This document shows positions 54,994 to 64,000 of a stretch of 64,000 bases of DNA, piece after piece. The notes beneath the pieces were generated by a model. The model saw only the letters and a list, made by a program, of their open reading frames with translations. It ran no database searches and was not told where the DNA came from. The stretch lies in IMG/VR virus record IMGVR_UViG_2887863138_000003, positions 9,185 to 73,184 of that record, one strand, 5' to 3'. The stretch comes from a virus (taxonomy: Duplodnaviria > Caudoviricetes). The position numbers and the translations under genes were made by a program. Positions within the stretch are counted from its first letter, which is position 1, and each line of letters begins with the position of its first letter.

Positions 54994-55176
54994 TTATAAG
55001 AGACGCCTTCCCCACTCTGACAATTTCTCCGACAACCGATCCGCCTTCTCATCCGACAGCTCCCCGAACTCATTCCGAAACTCTATTAACAGCGCGTAGT
55101 CAATAAATGCCTCTGCGCAGTAATCCCGTTCCTCATCGGTCATACGCGGTTTCATACGGAATAATCTCGCAATCAT
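54994..55176 (-). CDS. Small hypothetical protein
   Basis: 60 aa, coupled to the loader stop. Confidence 0.5.
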   Translation of the reverse strand: MIARLFRMKPRMTDEERDYCAEAFIDYALLIEFRNEFGELSDEKADRLSEKLSEWGRRLL

Positions 55177-55955
55177 TTTCGCATCCCCCTCTTAGACTCG
55201 CCTTTAAACGTGAGTTGTGCGCATTGTTCCCGTACGCGATCCGCTAACCTCTTGTCAAAAACTTCCGCCAACTCTTCCATCGGTATATTCGAGGTGTAAA
55301 CGGTAGGCATCCGACTCGTCACCCGATGATTGATAATCGTATGCAGGTCGCCTCGGAAAGCCTCGGTCGCGTCCCGTACTCCGATATCGTCCAGCACCAC
55401 GAACGGAGCATTAGTCGCGTGCTTCATCCATTCGTAGTATTTACCGGATGCGGGCTCGGCAATGTGGTCGGGTACTTTCGGTCTATTAAACTGATTAAAT
55501 AGCGTCTGCCACTCGTTCACGTCAAGGAAGAAGACCGGCCGTTGTAACGGTTGGAGCCCTCGTTGGATCGAGCCGATATAGTGTGCTATCAGGTACGCGT
55601 TCGCAATTGCGGCGGCTGTCGTTGTCTTGCCGGTGCCGGGCTCATACGAAAATAGGTACAGCGATTTAATGCGTTCAGAAGGTTCTGAAACCTCGTTAAA
55701 TTGGCGCATAAACGTCGTTATATAACGTTCAATATTCGAATAGATACTGCGCTGTTCGACGCGTGGCGGTGCCGTCTCGACGGTTACATGGGCGTAGTCA
55801 CTCGGGATGCAGGCGGCAGCTACTCGGCCCCCTTTTCCACTGGCTCCGTGCATCGCGATGAAGGACGGACACAGGCGGGTGTAGACAGGCGGGTCGGTGG
55901 CATGGCGGCAGGCTTCGCGTAGAATGCAGTGTGACGCATTTGTCCCTATACTCAA
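55173..55955 (-). CDS. DnaC/IstB-like helicase loader ATPase
   Basis: SLYLFS..PGTGKTT, VVLDDIGVR, T.YTSN, R..DR. Confidence 0.9.
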   Translation of the reverse strand: MSIGTNASHCILREACRHATDPPVYTRLCPSFIAMHGASGKGGRVAAACIPSDYAHVTVETAPPRVEQRSIYSNIERYITTFMRQFNEVSEPSERIKSLYLFSYEPGTGKTTTAAAIANAYLIAHYIGSIQRGLQPLQRPVFFLDVNEWQTLFNQFNRPKVPDHIAEPASGKYYEWMKHATNAPFVVLDDIGVRDATEAFRGDLHTIINHRVTSRMPTVYTSNIPMEELAEVFDKRLADRVREQCAQLTFKGESKRGMRK

Positions 55956-56059
55956 TCACATAACCCCCTTAATCGTTCACAAATTTGCAACTTTTTATTG
56001 ATTACCTCATTTTGGAAGTAAATATAATATCTACATCACTCTTGAATGGAGGTTATATC

Positions 56060-56362
56060 ATGAAGATTTCTAGTTTTATAGTAACTTCTATGGTGGCAAT
56101 CCCTCTTCTCTTTGGAGCATCGGTCGTACACGCAGATTCCACTAGTAGTAAAAGTACGATCATGGCAAAATGTCCTGATGAGGTGCAAGTGTATTGGCCC
56201 GTGTGGAAGTTCCCTAAATCTTCCGACGTCCCATCAACAACCGCCGACTATAAAGGCCAAAACTACACAATTACAGACTTAAAGCTAGATAGAGTCACTA
56301 CAGACTACTACAAACCGGGTTACTGGGTAGGAATTTATAAAGGTACATGCACATGGAATTAA
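56060..56362 (+). CDS. Secreted LCI-like antimicrobial peptide precursor
   Basis: Signal MKISSFIVTSMVAIPLLFGASVVHA; C-terminal DYYKPGYWVGIYKG resembles B. subtilis LCI YYDSSKGYWVGIYE; terminator 56368-56404. Confidence 0.7.
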   Translation: MKISSFIVTSMVAIPLLFGASVVHADSTSSKSTIMAKCPDEVQVYWPVWKFPKSSDVPSTTADYKGQNYTITDLKLDRVTTDYYKPGYWVGIYKGTCTWN

Positions 56363-56566
56363 TATTTACAGGGATTGCTGGACTTGTTCTAGCAATCCTT
56401 TCTTTACTTTATAACCACTCCGCCATCTTCCTCACTCTCGATAATATCTTCACCATTAATAGCAAAAGATGTACCGCGGTGCATTAAGCATTTAAGTCCG
56501 TCCCTTATTTTAATGTTCTTTAAAATTCCAAAATATATTAATATATCAATAAAGGAGATGGTTTTT

Positions 56567-57001
56567 TTGAAGAACGTAGATAGGGACGCACTATTAGACC
56601 ATCGTTTAGGTCAATTCTCTATGCTATCTATTGGCTTGGTAATTATATTGCTAGGTTTTTCACGATGGTTTTGGGGATTCCCAATCAATCCTTCTACGAT
56701 GGTTTTGTTGTCCTTGGCATCCGCATCATATGCAGTAGGTGATTTTGGAAAGTACCTTAATAAACCCGGACTGCATATTACTTGCTATGCACTAGCCTTT
56801 GTTTGGGGTATTTGTGGTTTAGCCTCTCCCCAATTTGCATTTGTTGGGTCGTTGCCTTTTGATATTTCCGGGTTCACAGACTTCGCAACCCTCTTTGCCT
56901 TCTCAATCCCGTTTATTTCGAGAGGAATTTGGTCTGTATTGCCCGTGAGAAAAGATGATTTGCCTCACCACCAATCAGCCAACACCTCTTCGAATACATA
57001 A
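56567..57001 (+). CDS. Four-TM membrane moron protein
   Basis: AAGGAG RBS, TTG start; hydrophobic helices; reverse-oriented. Confidence 0.7.
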   Translation: MKNVDRDALLDHRLGQFSMLSIGLVIILLGFSRWFWGFPINPSTMVLLSLASASYAVGDFGKYLNKPGLHITCYALAFVWGICGLASPQFAFVGSLPFDISGFTDFATLFAFSIPFISRGIWSVLPVRKDDLPHHQSANTSSNT

Positions 57002-57339
57002 GTAACTTTCCGGTTATCCTCGCGTAGCACTACCGCCAGTACCCGCGCCCGCATATACGTATACATAAACGTAAAGGTCAACGTTGGGTACTGTCGCGTT
57101 GGCTTATAATCGCGGAAGCATCCGTCAATAAACCGTTTGACCACTTCCGATCCGTGTTCGTCGATCATCCGTTTAATCATGCCTTGTTCGGATCGCCAGC
57201 CACGGGCGGGAACGTAAGGGAGTCCGTAGAGTTCTGCGTGTCGATCGCGTAGAAATTCGGTAAATGTAGTCGTATTCCAATCGGCAATTTCCCGTTCGCG
57301 CCAAGCCTTCGCAGGCGGGAGTTTACACTTTGTCATCAA
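56965..57339 (-). CDS. Hypothetical replication-module protein
   Basis: DWN.TTF..FL..RH.E.YG..Y, G...EQGMIKR.I.EHG motif. Confidence 0.7.
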   Translation of the reverse strand: MMTKCKLPPAKAWREREIADWNTTTFTEFLRDRHAELYGLPYVPARGWRSEQGMIKRMIDEHGSEVVKRFIDGCFRDYKPTRQYPTLTFTFMYTYMRARVLAVVLREDNRKVTYVFEEVLADWW

Positions 57340-57604
57340 GGCCCACCTCCTCTGATTCGTACTCCATCACGAAATCCCAAAAGTCCTGACAACCGTAGGA
57401 ATCGAGCATACGCTCCACGGTAGATTCAACCGCGCGAAGTCTTCGTTCCATCTGCGCTACTTTCATTTCCGCATCCAGCGCCCTTTCAATTGCGTGAGGC
57501 CATCCGGTGCGGGCTTCAGCGATAAACGTCCACCCGCACTCCGTACAACTATTCTCCATAGCCTCGTTGCATATCGCTAGGTCTTCACGTAGGTTACGTC
57601 CCAT
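57323..57604 (-). CDS. Hypothetical protein
   Basis: R.L.EDLAIC..A, FIAEAR.GWP.AI.R motifs. Confidence 0.65.
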   Translation of the reverse strand: MGRNLREDLAICNEAMENSCTECGWTFIAEARTGWPHAIERALDAEMKVAQMERRLRAVESTVERMLDSYGCQDFWDFVMEYESEEVGLDDKV

Positions 57605-57618
57605 TTATACATCGCCTC

Positions 57619-57894
57619 CTAAAATAAAGTCATCGCATGGGGCAAGTAATGGTAATACATATAATCTGAAAGACCGTCCATATCAGACTCATCAGAATCA
57701 GCTTGTTTTGTTTGTATATGCTTGGGCCCGTATATCTCTATCTTTTTCGGAGGCTCACCGCTTACGCACCATAAAATAACCGCGAGCAAGACGGCACATC
57801 TAATTCCTCGCCATATAATTTTCCGCGCAAACCGCTCTACCTCAGGCACTAACCATCGCTCCCTTTCCGTAATCGTAGCGCGTGCCATTCGCAA
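57619..57894 (-). CDS. Hypothetical single-TM protein (start uncertain)
   Basis: TM segment IRCAVLLAVILWCV. Confidence 0.45.
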   Translation of the reverse strand: MRMARATITERERWLVPEVERFARKIIWRGIRCAVLLAVILWCVSGEPPKKIEIYGPKHIQTKQADSDESDMDGLSDYMYYHYLPHAMTLF

Positions 57895-58084
57895 AAGTGT
57901 CGTGTGTACGCCTTATCTGCGGCGATCTGCCGTTTGACCGCGCGTTTTAATTGAAAAGCGTGGTAGGCGAGTTTGAGTCGGGTTAACATTCGGAGACACC
58001 TGCCCTTTCCCGTATTCCTAAAAGCACTGTTAGTTGATTACAGATTCCAAATATTGTATATTCAATATGAAAGGTGGGGAATCA

Positions 58085-58279
58085 ATGAATAAGTTTGAAT
58101 GTTTCTTACTTTATTTTTTCAGCTTATTATTCTTTCCATTAGGCATTATTTTGGGATTAGCTTTTTTGTTAGGAAAAGATTCTTCAATAAGAAGAGTTGG
58201 ACGAAACTGCCTGTTTTCAGCTCTTTATTCATTCGCAGTACTCGTAACGGTAGGAGTGATTAACTTTGTTGTTTCATAA
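58085..58279 (+). CDS. Small two-TM membrane moron protein
   Basis: GAAAGGTGG RBS; FFPLGIILG..FL motif; AT-rich. Confidence 0.7.
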   Translation: MNKFECFLLYFFSLLFFPLGIILGLAFLLGKDSSIRRVGRNCLFSALYSFAVLVTVGVINFVVS

Positions 58280-58542
58280 TTTATTTCGCCCGTTTCACAT
58301 CTTAATCGTTCGATCTCCGCTAGTAACTTCGGAATGTCTTCGCGGGCATGGGCGATGAACTCTGCGTCTTCATCACTGCCGTACATTAGCACAGCGATCT
58401 CTCCGCCATTGTTTCTAAATCCACGTATCTCAGGCGAGTACACTATTAGATCACCGAATTTATCACCGCAAAATCTCCATGACCCAACGGTCGCATCCTC
58501 CGCACGCTTGCGTATCGCTCCGATTTCTTCACGCGTCATCAT
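58225..58542 (-). CDS. Hypothetical protein
   Basis: I..IRKRAE.AT.G.W, DAEFIAHAREDIP.LLAEIERL motif. Confidence 0.75.
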   Translation of the reverse strand: MMTREEIGAIRKRAEDATVGSWRFCGDKFGDLIVYSPEIRGFRNNGGEIAVLMYGSDEDAEFIAHAREDIPKLLAEIERLRCETGEINYETTKLITPTVTSTANE

Positions 58543-58841
58543 ATTAGACCACGATCCCCTTTCCATTCGATCATTGAATAGTCATCATCTGGTGAATAGA
58601 GCGCCCCATTGTCGTATATAACACCTGCCCAATACTCCAGATCACATAGCGCGTTATTGAGAGCTAAGTACAGTTCTCCGTCAGGCCCAACGCCTTCTAC
58701 GTAATCCTCGATGCCTTTAAGTGCCTCGTTCAATCCGTTTACGATGCGATCAATAGCGTCGTCTTTTCGTTCAGCTCGTTTAATTGCCGCTGTCTGCTCG
58801 GAGTCAAATAAAACGTAGGGTCTTCCGCATACCATGATCAT
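58539..58841 (-). CDS. Hypothetical protein
   Basis: GGGAGG RBS before MIMVCG. Confidence 0.55.
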   Translation of the reverse strand: MIMVCGRPYVLFDSEQTAAIKRAERKDDAIDRIVNGLNEALKGIEDYVEGVGPDGELYLALNNALCDLEYWAGVIYDNGALYSPDDDYSMIEWKGDRGLI

Positions 58842-58887
58842 CGCGATACCTCCCATTTACAAAGCGTGTGTTAGGTTAATTGCTTCC

Positions 58888-59226
58888 TTAGTGCGCTCGA
58901 ATGTATACGACAATAGTCTTTTTCCAATCTAGTTGATCAAATCGCGCTTCAGCTTGCTTTATTACTTCTTCTTCCTGCAATTCTGTAAGAGGAAACTGAG
59001 TGTATAGATCGTCGGCTATACTGTCAGCAATCTCTTCGAACAGGTCGTCGCTGTCTTCATCTTTAAACCATACTTTCTCGTCAATAGTTATATACTCATC
59101 AATTAGTATTTTCGATGGAGAACCAAGGGTGTAACTGTGCTCCTCGCAGTCGTCTGGATACATGAAGATCAACTCTCTATCAGGATGCTCTTTTAACTTT
59201 TCAATCAATTCATTTGTCTTGTTCAA
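58888..59226 (-). CDS. Acidic hypothetical protein
   Basis: 112-aa ORF in operon orientation. Confidence 0.65.
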   Translation of the reverse strand: MNKTNELIEKLKEHPDRELIFMYPDDCEEHSYTLGSPSKILIDEYITIDEKVWFKDEDSDDLFEEIADSIADDLYTQFPLTELQEEEVIKQAEARFDQLDWKKTIVVYIRAH

Positions 59227-59471
59227 ATCAATCTATCCCCTTTCCCGTCCAAACTACCGTACAAAGCTAAGTTCGCGATTTCTTCCGCAGTAAGAATACG
59301 AACTCTCCACGCATCTATCTCGAAAGTCGGCGTCACGTACATTTCGCAATCCAACTCCACCTTATCCGCGTCTAGTTCGAAGTAAAGTTTCCCTAGGTAA
59401 AAGTCTTGTCCGACGCACTTTTTAACGATCTTGTCGTCGATTATGCAAACCTCATTTCGGAAATCGTCCAT
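59223..59471 (-). CDS. Hypothetical protein
   Basis: GGAGG RBS, 82 aa. Confidence 0.55.
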   Translation of the reverse strand: MDDFRNEVCIIDDKIVKKCVGQDFYLGKLYFELDADKVELDCEMYVTPTFEIDAWRVRILTAEEIANLALYGSLDGKGDRLI

Positions 59472-59498
59472 TAACGCGCGCCTCCATATTCGTTTTAT

Positions 59499-59684
59499 TT
59501 ACGTGACATTTACGCGGATACAATGGAAGCTGTCACAAGTGCTGGTTGCGTACGTCACACCGCCAGTTCGGGAGCAAATGCCGTCGCACTCTTCCGAAAG
59601 CATGTGACTATCTTGAAAGTACACGCAGAAGTCGCATATAGTCGTACAATCGTCATTACAAGTTATCACGAGGAAACGCCTCAC
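59499..59684 (-). CDS. Small Cys-rich (Zn-finger-like) protein
   Basis: C.DDC.TICDFC.YF...C...C...C..FHC. Confidence 0.5.
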   Translation of the reverse strand: MRRFLVITCNDDCTTICDFCVYFQDSHMLSEECDGICSRTGGVTYATSTCDSFHCIRVNVT

Positions 59685-59776
59685 TTTCGTTTTATTTACG
59701 TGACCACGCGTTAAGTAATCGTAACTTTGTGGCGGGAGATAACCGGCGCCACGTTCCGGCGAGTATACGCATTGGA

Positions 59777-60421
59777 CTAGGCTCCTTTTATGTTTAGACG
59801 TAAGGTTACTTCTTTTGAGGAAGACGGTCTTTTAGCGATATCACTACGTAGGAATTGAATAAGTCTTTCGCCCTCACCGTCAAAAATGGCTGTCATTAAG
59901 CGAGTTGCCTGCCGGCTTCCGAATGCTGGATGCTTATCTTTTTTAGCAGGCCAGTAACCGGAAACGTCTCGGTAATCGTGATGCATCGTATTCCACGAAT
60001 GAGCCATTGAATTTTGATTGTCCACATCGTAACCTTTATTTTTCGCCCACTGCCTATGTAGTACAATAATATCGTCGTATTGACGTTCCCATAATTCGAG
60101 TTGTTTCCTAGAAGGGCGTCCAGCTTTCCGTTTAGCTACTACGGCGGGTTTTTGTTCCGTAAGACTCTCGACCAACTTCACCAACTCGTTAATCGTGCGT
60201 TCTTGCTCTAGGGCTCTGCGTTCTTGCCACTCGAATTTATCCGAGCAATATGCTAGATGCGTCGTAAGTAATTCGCTGATCTTATTTAACGTGGTAATCT
60301 GCGTCAACTCGCCTGAGAAGATGGCGTTTGTAATCAGTAACATTTGCTCGCGATACTCAGGAGTATTGTCCATATAGAACGCTATTTTCTTTCCGTCTTT
60401 TACTTGTTTTAAACTGAACAT
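59777..60421 (-). CDS. Hypothetical protein
   Basis: AAGGGGG RBS before MFSLKQ; 214 aa. Confidence 0.6.
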   Translation of the reverse strand: MFSLKQVKDGKKIAFYMDNTPEYREQMLLITNAIFSGELTQITTLNKISELLTTHLAYCSDKFEWQERRALEQERTINELVKLVESLTEQKPAVVAKRKAGRPSRKQLELWERQYDDIIVLHRQWAKNKGYDVDNQNSMAHSWNTMHHDYRDVSGYWPAKKDKHPAFGSRQATRLMTAIFDGEGERLIQFLRSDIAKRPSSSKEVTLRLNIKGA

Positions 60422-60437
60422 GTTAAATTCCCCCTTG

Positions 60438-61196
60438 TTAATCAGCCTCAATTATTATGGATTCGCGGCTACGTCTCGATGGGAGCATCTTAGATATTCC
60501 GTCTAAGAAATCGTACATGCCGTCAATTGCTGTCTGATACTCCTTCGCAGAGCATTCGTTTAAAGTCGAGAACTCTACGTCAAAGTGTGTCAGAAACGAA
60601 TATTTTTTTAGAAAATCGCGGACAGAAGCCGAGAACTCTAACGAACGGCCGCTGATCTCTGAGCCCGTTCTTATCTCGATGACTTCCCCGTCTGAACTTG
60701 CGCTAATGGACTCGATGGTATCCCGTAGAGCTTGCACCGACTCTACCGCTTCGTCTCGTTGACGTTCCGCTAGTTCACGCGATTCTCTTTCGGCTTTGAG
60801 AGCCCGCTTGACTTCGCGGAGCTCACGGACAGTCATTTCGTCAACGGATTTGATCGCGCCTGTGGACGGGATTGTGTGTGTCGTCTCAATTTCACGATCG
60901 GAAAACCCGGTCAATAAATCTAGGTGAGCGATGGTTAGTCCGAACATCGATGTTCGATCCCCGAACCTCTCAGCCACTCGAATGAACCGATTGGCATGTT
61001 GCGGAGTCATGTCGACTTCTCCTCGACACCACTTTTCCCATTGACCGTAGGCTAGATCATTCTCTTTTACGTGCTTCAGCCTCCGCCCTATTTCGAATAT
61101 TGCCTCGCCCGCAACTCTCTTGTAGGCATTAATCTCCGCGGTGATTACGTTTAAATTGTGGGAGAGCGCGGTTTCCTGCATGGTCTGTGCCTTCAT
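60438..61196 (-). CDS. DUF3102-domain protein
   Basis: IT.EIN.YK..AGE.IFEIG.RLK.VKE..L.YGQW..W motif; MTVRELRE..R. Confidence 0.8.
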   Translation of the reverse strand: MKAQTMQETALSHNLNVITAEINAYKRVAGEAIFEIGRRLKHVKENDLAYGQWEKWCRGEVDMTPQHANRFIRVAERFGDRTSMFGLTIAHLDLLTGFSDREIETTHTIPSTGAIKSVDEMTVRELREVKRALKAERESRELAERQRDEAVESVQALRDTIESISASSDGEVIEIRTGSEISGRSLEFSASVRDFLKKYSFLTHFDVEFSTLNECSAKEYQTAIDGMYDFLDGISKMLPSRRSRESIIIEAD

Positions 61197-61349
61197 TATC
61201 CTCATCCTTTCTTCTTCGAATAGACTACTTCGCGCTCTCATGTCTACTCTTATAAATCCTCTGCCGCGTCATAATCTTTTATCTAATACCGTTCTATTTA
61301 CACTGTTGACCGCGCGATAGAAGGCACGTAGTGACTGATTGATGCGCTA

Positions 61350-61449
61350 TCTTTTATTCTTTAAAAACATTCTTTTTAATAATTCTTTTTCATCTACGCG
61401 TGAGTAGTATGTCTCTACGCTAGCGTAGTATGTTTCTACTGGTGTGTAG
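61350..61449. repeat. Probable replication origin: three CTAC-N6-GTAG iterons (21-bp period) plus AT-rich tract
   Basis: CTAC at 61394, 61415, 61436; A/T-rich run at 61352-61390; at the 3' end of the initiator-like gene. Confidence 0.7.
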
Positions 61450-61894
61450 ATACCTCCCTCCCTTTCTCCTTGCCGAGTAGTTTCTTTACCTCGGGCTTCG
61501 CCGCTACCATCTCTCGGAGCCTCTCGATGAATCCCGGTAGCCTTCCCGCAAACTCAGCCTCAGTCAACGGGTCATGAACGGTGTAGTATATCTTGTCTGC
61601 TCCGTTCGGACTCGGACGTGTCTCGATGTCCACCAGTCCGATCGCGCTGAGTATCCCGTCCAATAACGGGAGCGTCGAGTAGCTCATCTGGAACTTTTCA
61701 ACGATGCCCTTGCGCCCTCTCCATGACTTGCCGTGGTTAAACGATGACTCGTCGTTATTGCGGAAACGTAAGAGGAACAGATAGTAAAGCGTTGCCTTGT
61801 CGCCAATGTACGGATGGTATACGTCCCATATGTCGTGGTAAACGAGACTAAAGCCGGATCGTAGCGTGCCCTCTCGGATGTATACGTTTGCCAC
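61436..61894 (-). CDS. Replication initiator-like winged-helix protein (3' end possibly frameshifted)
   Basis: GGAGGTG RBS with GTG; GFSLVYH..W..Y.PYIG..A..YYLFL.R pattern; iterons at the 3' end. Confidence 0.6.
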   Translation of the reverse strand: MANVYIREGTLRSGFSLVYHDIWDVYHPYIGDKATLYYLFLLRFRNNDESSFNHGKSWRGRKGIVEKFQMSYSTLPLLDGILSAIGLVDIETRPSPNGADKIYYTVHDPLTEAEFAGRLPGFIERLREMVAAKPEVKKLLGKEKGREVSTHQ

Positions 61895-61984
61895 TCGGAT
61901 ATTCACCTCCAACCGATGTTTACACTTGTTTATTCGTACGCGATGATGAGTTCGCACACTTTTAGAAGAAAAAATTTTGTTCCT

Positions 61985-62024
61985 TTACTCTTAATAGGGC
62001 AATGGAGTTATTAAAATTGGGACA
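61985..62024 (-). promoter_or_regulatory. Phage-specific bipartite motif, copy 2
   Basis: TACTCTTAATAGGGC...AAATTGGGAC. Confidence 0.65.
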
Positions 62025-62141
62025 TAAACCTTAAAAAATTTTTTCTTTAACAAATGTCTATAATTACGAGACTACAAAAACTCAAAAATTTGGTACACGT
62101 TTAATAAGTTAATTTCACTCATCTAGCATTTATTACACCCT

Positions 62142-62181
62142 TTACTATTAATAGGGGTATGAGGTAGTCGAAATTGGTACG
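62142..62181 (-). promoter_or_regulatory. Phage-specific bipartite motif, copy 3
   Basis: TTACTATTAATAGGGG...AAATTGGTAC. Confidence 0.6.
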
Positions 62182-62271
62182 TTTCATAACAAGATTTTAT
62201 TGATGAACCCCCCAGACTGATATCCGTAGTACCCTTTTCAAAAAAAATAGCCAAGGAGTTAGAAAACCTCC

Positions 62272-62856
62272 TTAGCTATCCCATTTAATACCGGGTGCAT
62301 TCGTAACTTTTGCCCCTGTCGATATTATTGTCTCGTCAGGTGTTGCGACTGTAATTATCAAATCATAATAATCGTAGACCTCTCCATAGTAGTCCTTTTC
62401 TGGGGATTTCCCGCCTGCTGCCGATCCAAGAGTGCGCACAAAGTTATTCCCGATACGTTTTGCAGTCTCCTTATTGACAGCGTAACCAACGATTACCGCA
62501 AGACTAACTCGATCCTTATCTACGATAATCGCCGCGTCCTTAACGAAGTCTCTTTTCTTCACGTCGTCGGTCACTCTTTTTATAATCGCGTCCTCAATTT
62601 GTATCTTAGGCTGTTCTTCTTCTGTTTTCGTCTGCTCCTCATTTTGTACTTTGCTAGTTGTCGCCTGCTGTGACGAAAGGCCTGTTGGTTTGTCTAAAGT
62701 AAAAGCACTTATGAAACCTATGAATGATAATAACAGAATCAAGGTACCCCTCTTCCTAGTCAAAACAAAATTCCCTTTTGATAGCCATTTGGGGTTAATA
62801 ATTATTATCAAGGAAACAAAAAATAATAGCACAGAAGCTAGTCCTAAGAAAGCCAT
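62272..62856 (-). CDS. Membrane-anchored extracytoplasmic protein next to the integrase
   Basis: Two N-terminal TM helices, low-complexity linker, globular C-terminal domain; GAGGAGGG RBS. Confidence 0.75.
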   Translation of the reverse strand: MAFLGLASVLLFFVSLIIIINPKWLSKGNFVLTRKRGTLILLLSFIGFISAFTLDKPTGLSSQQATTSKVQNEEQTKTEEEQPKIQIEDAIIKRVTDDVKKRDFVKDAAIIVDKDRVSLAVIVGYAVNKETAKRIGNNFVRTLGSAAGGKSPEKDYYGEVYDYYDLIITVATPDETIISTGAKVTNAPGIKWDS

Positions 62857-62940
62857 GCAGTCCCTCCTCTCATAGTCAATCCTCTCTCTCTTTAGTTTAC
62901 AGTGACAACGTGTTAAGTACAATTCTAAAATTTCTGAACA

Positions 62941-62970
62941 AAAAAACGCCAGCCCCGAAGGACTAGCGTA
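62941..62970 (-). terminator. Integrase terminator
   Basis: ACGCTAG.CC-TTCG-GG.CTGGCGT stem followed by a T-run on the minus strand. Confidence 0.6.
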
Positions 62971-64000
62971 ATATTTTCCTTTCTTTATTGAGTTTTCCTA
63001 TGACGTCATTTAAAGGTGAATACTTCTCGTGTTGATTTTTAATTGAGGTCTTGGATAGATGTGTATACCTCATCACCATTCGCAGGTCTGAGTGTCCCAG
63101 TATCATTTGTAGATGACGTAAGTCTCCACCGTTTTCCAAAAACATTGTCGCGGCCGTATGCCGAAACAGGTGCGGGTGAATACGTATCGGAATATTGGCT
63201 TGCTTTGCATATTCCTTTAATCGATGCCGAAATTGTCCATCTCTCAAAGGTTCGCCGTAGTTAGCAAGAAAAACATAATCCGTGTCAAAGTCTTCGTTTT
63301 CTTTTATTACGTCCTGTATTAATCGAAGAGTATGTCTATTTATAGGTACAGAGCGTGACTTTCGATTCTTTGACTCTTCGGCACGTACCGTGATCATTCC
63401 TATTACAAAATCAATGTCCATCTTTCTTAACGACAGTACCTCGTTAATACGAAAGAACCCGTCAATCAAGACATTCATAATCACATAGTCGCGGAACCCA
63501 CTATATCTACGTTGATTCGGCATGGCTAGTAGGGTCTGTAGTTGTTCAACGCTCATTATTTTTATCTCGTTCTCATCTTCCTCGACCTTTTTAATAGATT
63601 CAAAAGGGTTGGAAGAAATGTAGCTCTCTGTTGTAAGGTGCTTAAAAAAGGTTCGCATCGTTTTCAGTCGCGTATTCACAGTCGTAGGAGTAAGCCCTAC
63701 CGTCTGCTCTGCTTCTGTTTTAAACTTATGCCCTTCGAATCGTATTTTCTCTTTGAGCATCCAAACGATGTAACCCCGTATCATTTCTGTATCCACATTT
63801 CTAACATCTCTACCTAACCCGCGTAAATCCATGTATTCTACAAAAAATCCGTAGTTCTCTTTATAGCTTGCGAGTGTTCGATCCTTTCTTCCCTCCGCAA
63901 CCTTAGCGTGATAAAATCTCTCGAACAACGCGTCTAACGCGTATTCAGAAGTTACCGAAAATCTTTCCGTTCGTTGACGCTTTCCTTTTCGTCTATCCAA
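62963..64000 (-). CDS. Tyrosine integrase of the prophage
   Basis: Catalytic R (GFFRINE), K (SKNRKSR), HPHLFRH, ILGH, MRYTH; start at or beyond the window edge. Confidence 0.95.
   Translation of the reverse strand: MDRRKGKRQRTERFSVTSEYALDALFERFYHAKVAEGRKDRTLASYKENYGFFVEYMDLRGLGRDVRNVDTEMIRGYIVWMLKEKIRFEGHKFKTEAEQTVGLTPTTVNTRLKTMRTFFKHLTTESYISSNPFESIKKVEEDENEIKIMSVEQLQTLLAMPNQRRYSGFRDYVIMNVLIDGFFRINEVLSLRKMDIDFVIGMITVRAEESKNRKSRSVPINRHTLRLIQDVIKENEDFDTDYVFLANYGEPLRDGQFRHRLKEYAKQANIPIRIHPHLFRHTAATMFLENGGDLRHLQMILGHSDLRMVMRYTHLSKTSIKNQHEKYSPLNDVIGKLNKERKILR

Larger units (their letters stand above)
1906..64000 (-). mobile_element. Temperate myovirus-type prophage integrated at tRNA-Val (other end beyond the window)
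   Basis: Ordered modules from integrase to lysis; tRNA 3' fragment at the left end; integrase at the right end. Confidence 0.95.

Overview
Almost the whole window (about 1906 to beyond 64000) is one temperate, contractile-tailed (myovirus-type) prophage of a Bacillales host (Brevibacillus/Paenibacillus-like, inferred). It is integrated at a tRNA-Val(GAC) gene and mostly encoded on the minus strand. Read in gene direction (64 kb toward 2 kb) the order is: tyrosine integrase; replication module (initiator with 21-bp iterons, DnaC-like loader, BRO/ANT antirepressor, helicase, primase); arbitrium-like RRNPP receptor with secreted propeptide and XRE switches; sigma-like factor; SSB, PolA, nucleases; class II RNR, dUTPase, ThyX and dNMP kinase; RepL-like gene with 22-bp repeats; terminase, portal, capsid, tail, baseplate; lysis genes; SOS-boxed yolD; the displaced tRNA 3' half (att). 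Positions 1-1900 hold the decayed remnant of an older element at the same tRNA. The most striking item missed by the ORF track is at 27.8-28.0 kb: three tandem micro-ORFs with exact 58-bp period, each with its own RBS, encoding T(D/E)PxWxD(N/D)PG(Y/H) peptides with largely synonymous divergence, behind a sigmaH-like promoter. Other notable cargo: two type I toxin-antitoxin-like loci, an LCI-like secreted peptide, and a secreted 91-aa protein resembling the nested repeat module of the phage's own tail protein. Several genes are frameshifted (decay or sequencing error). All annotations come from manual reading and motif recall; no database search was run.
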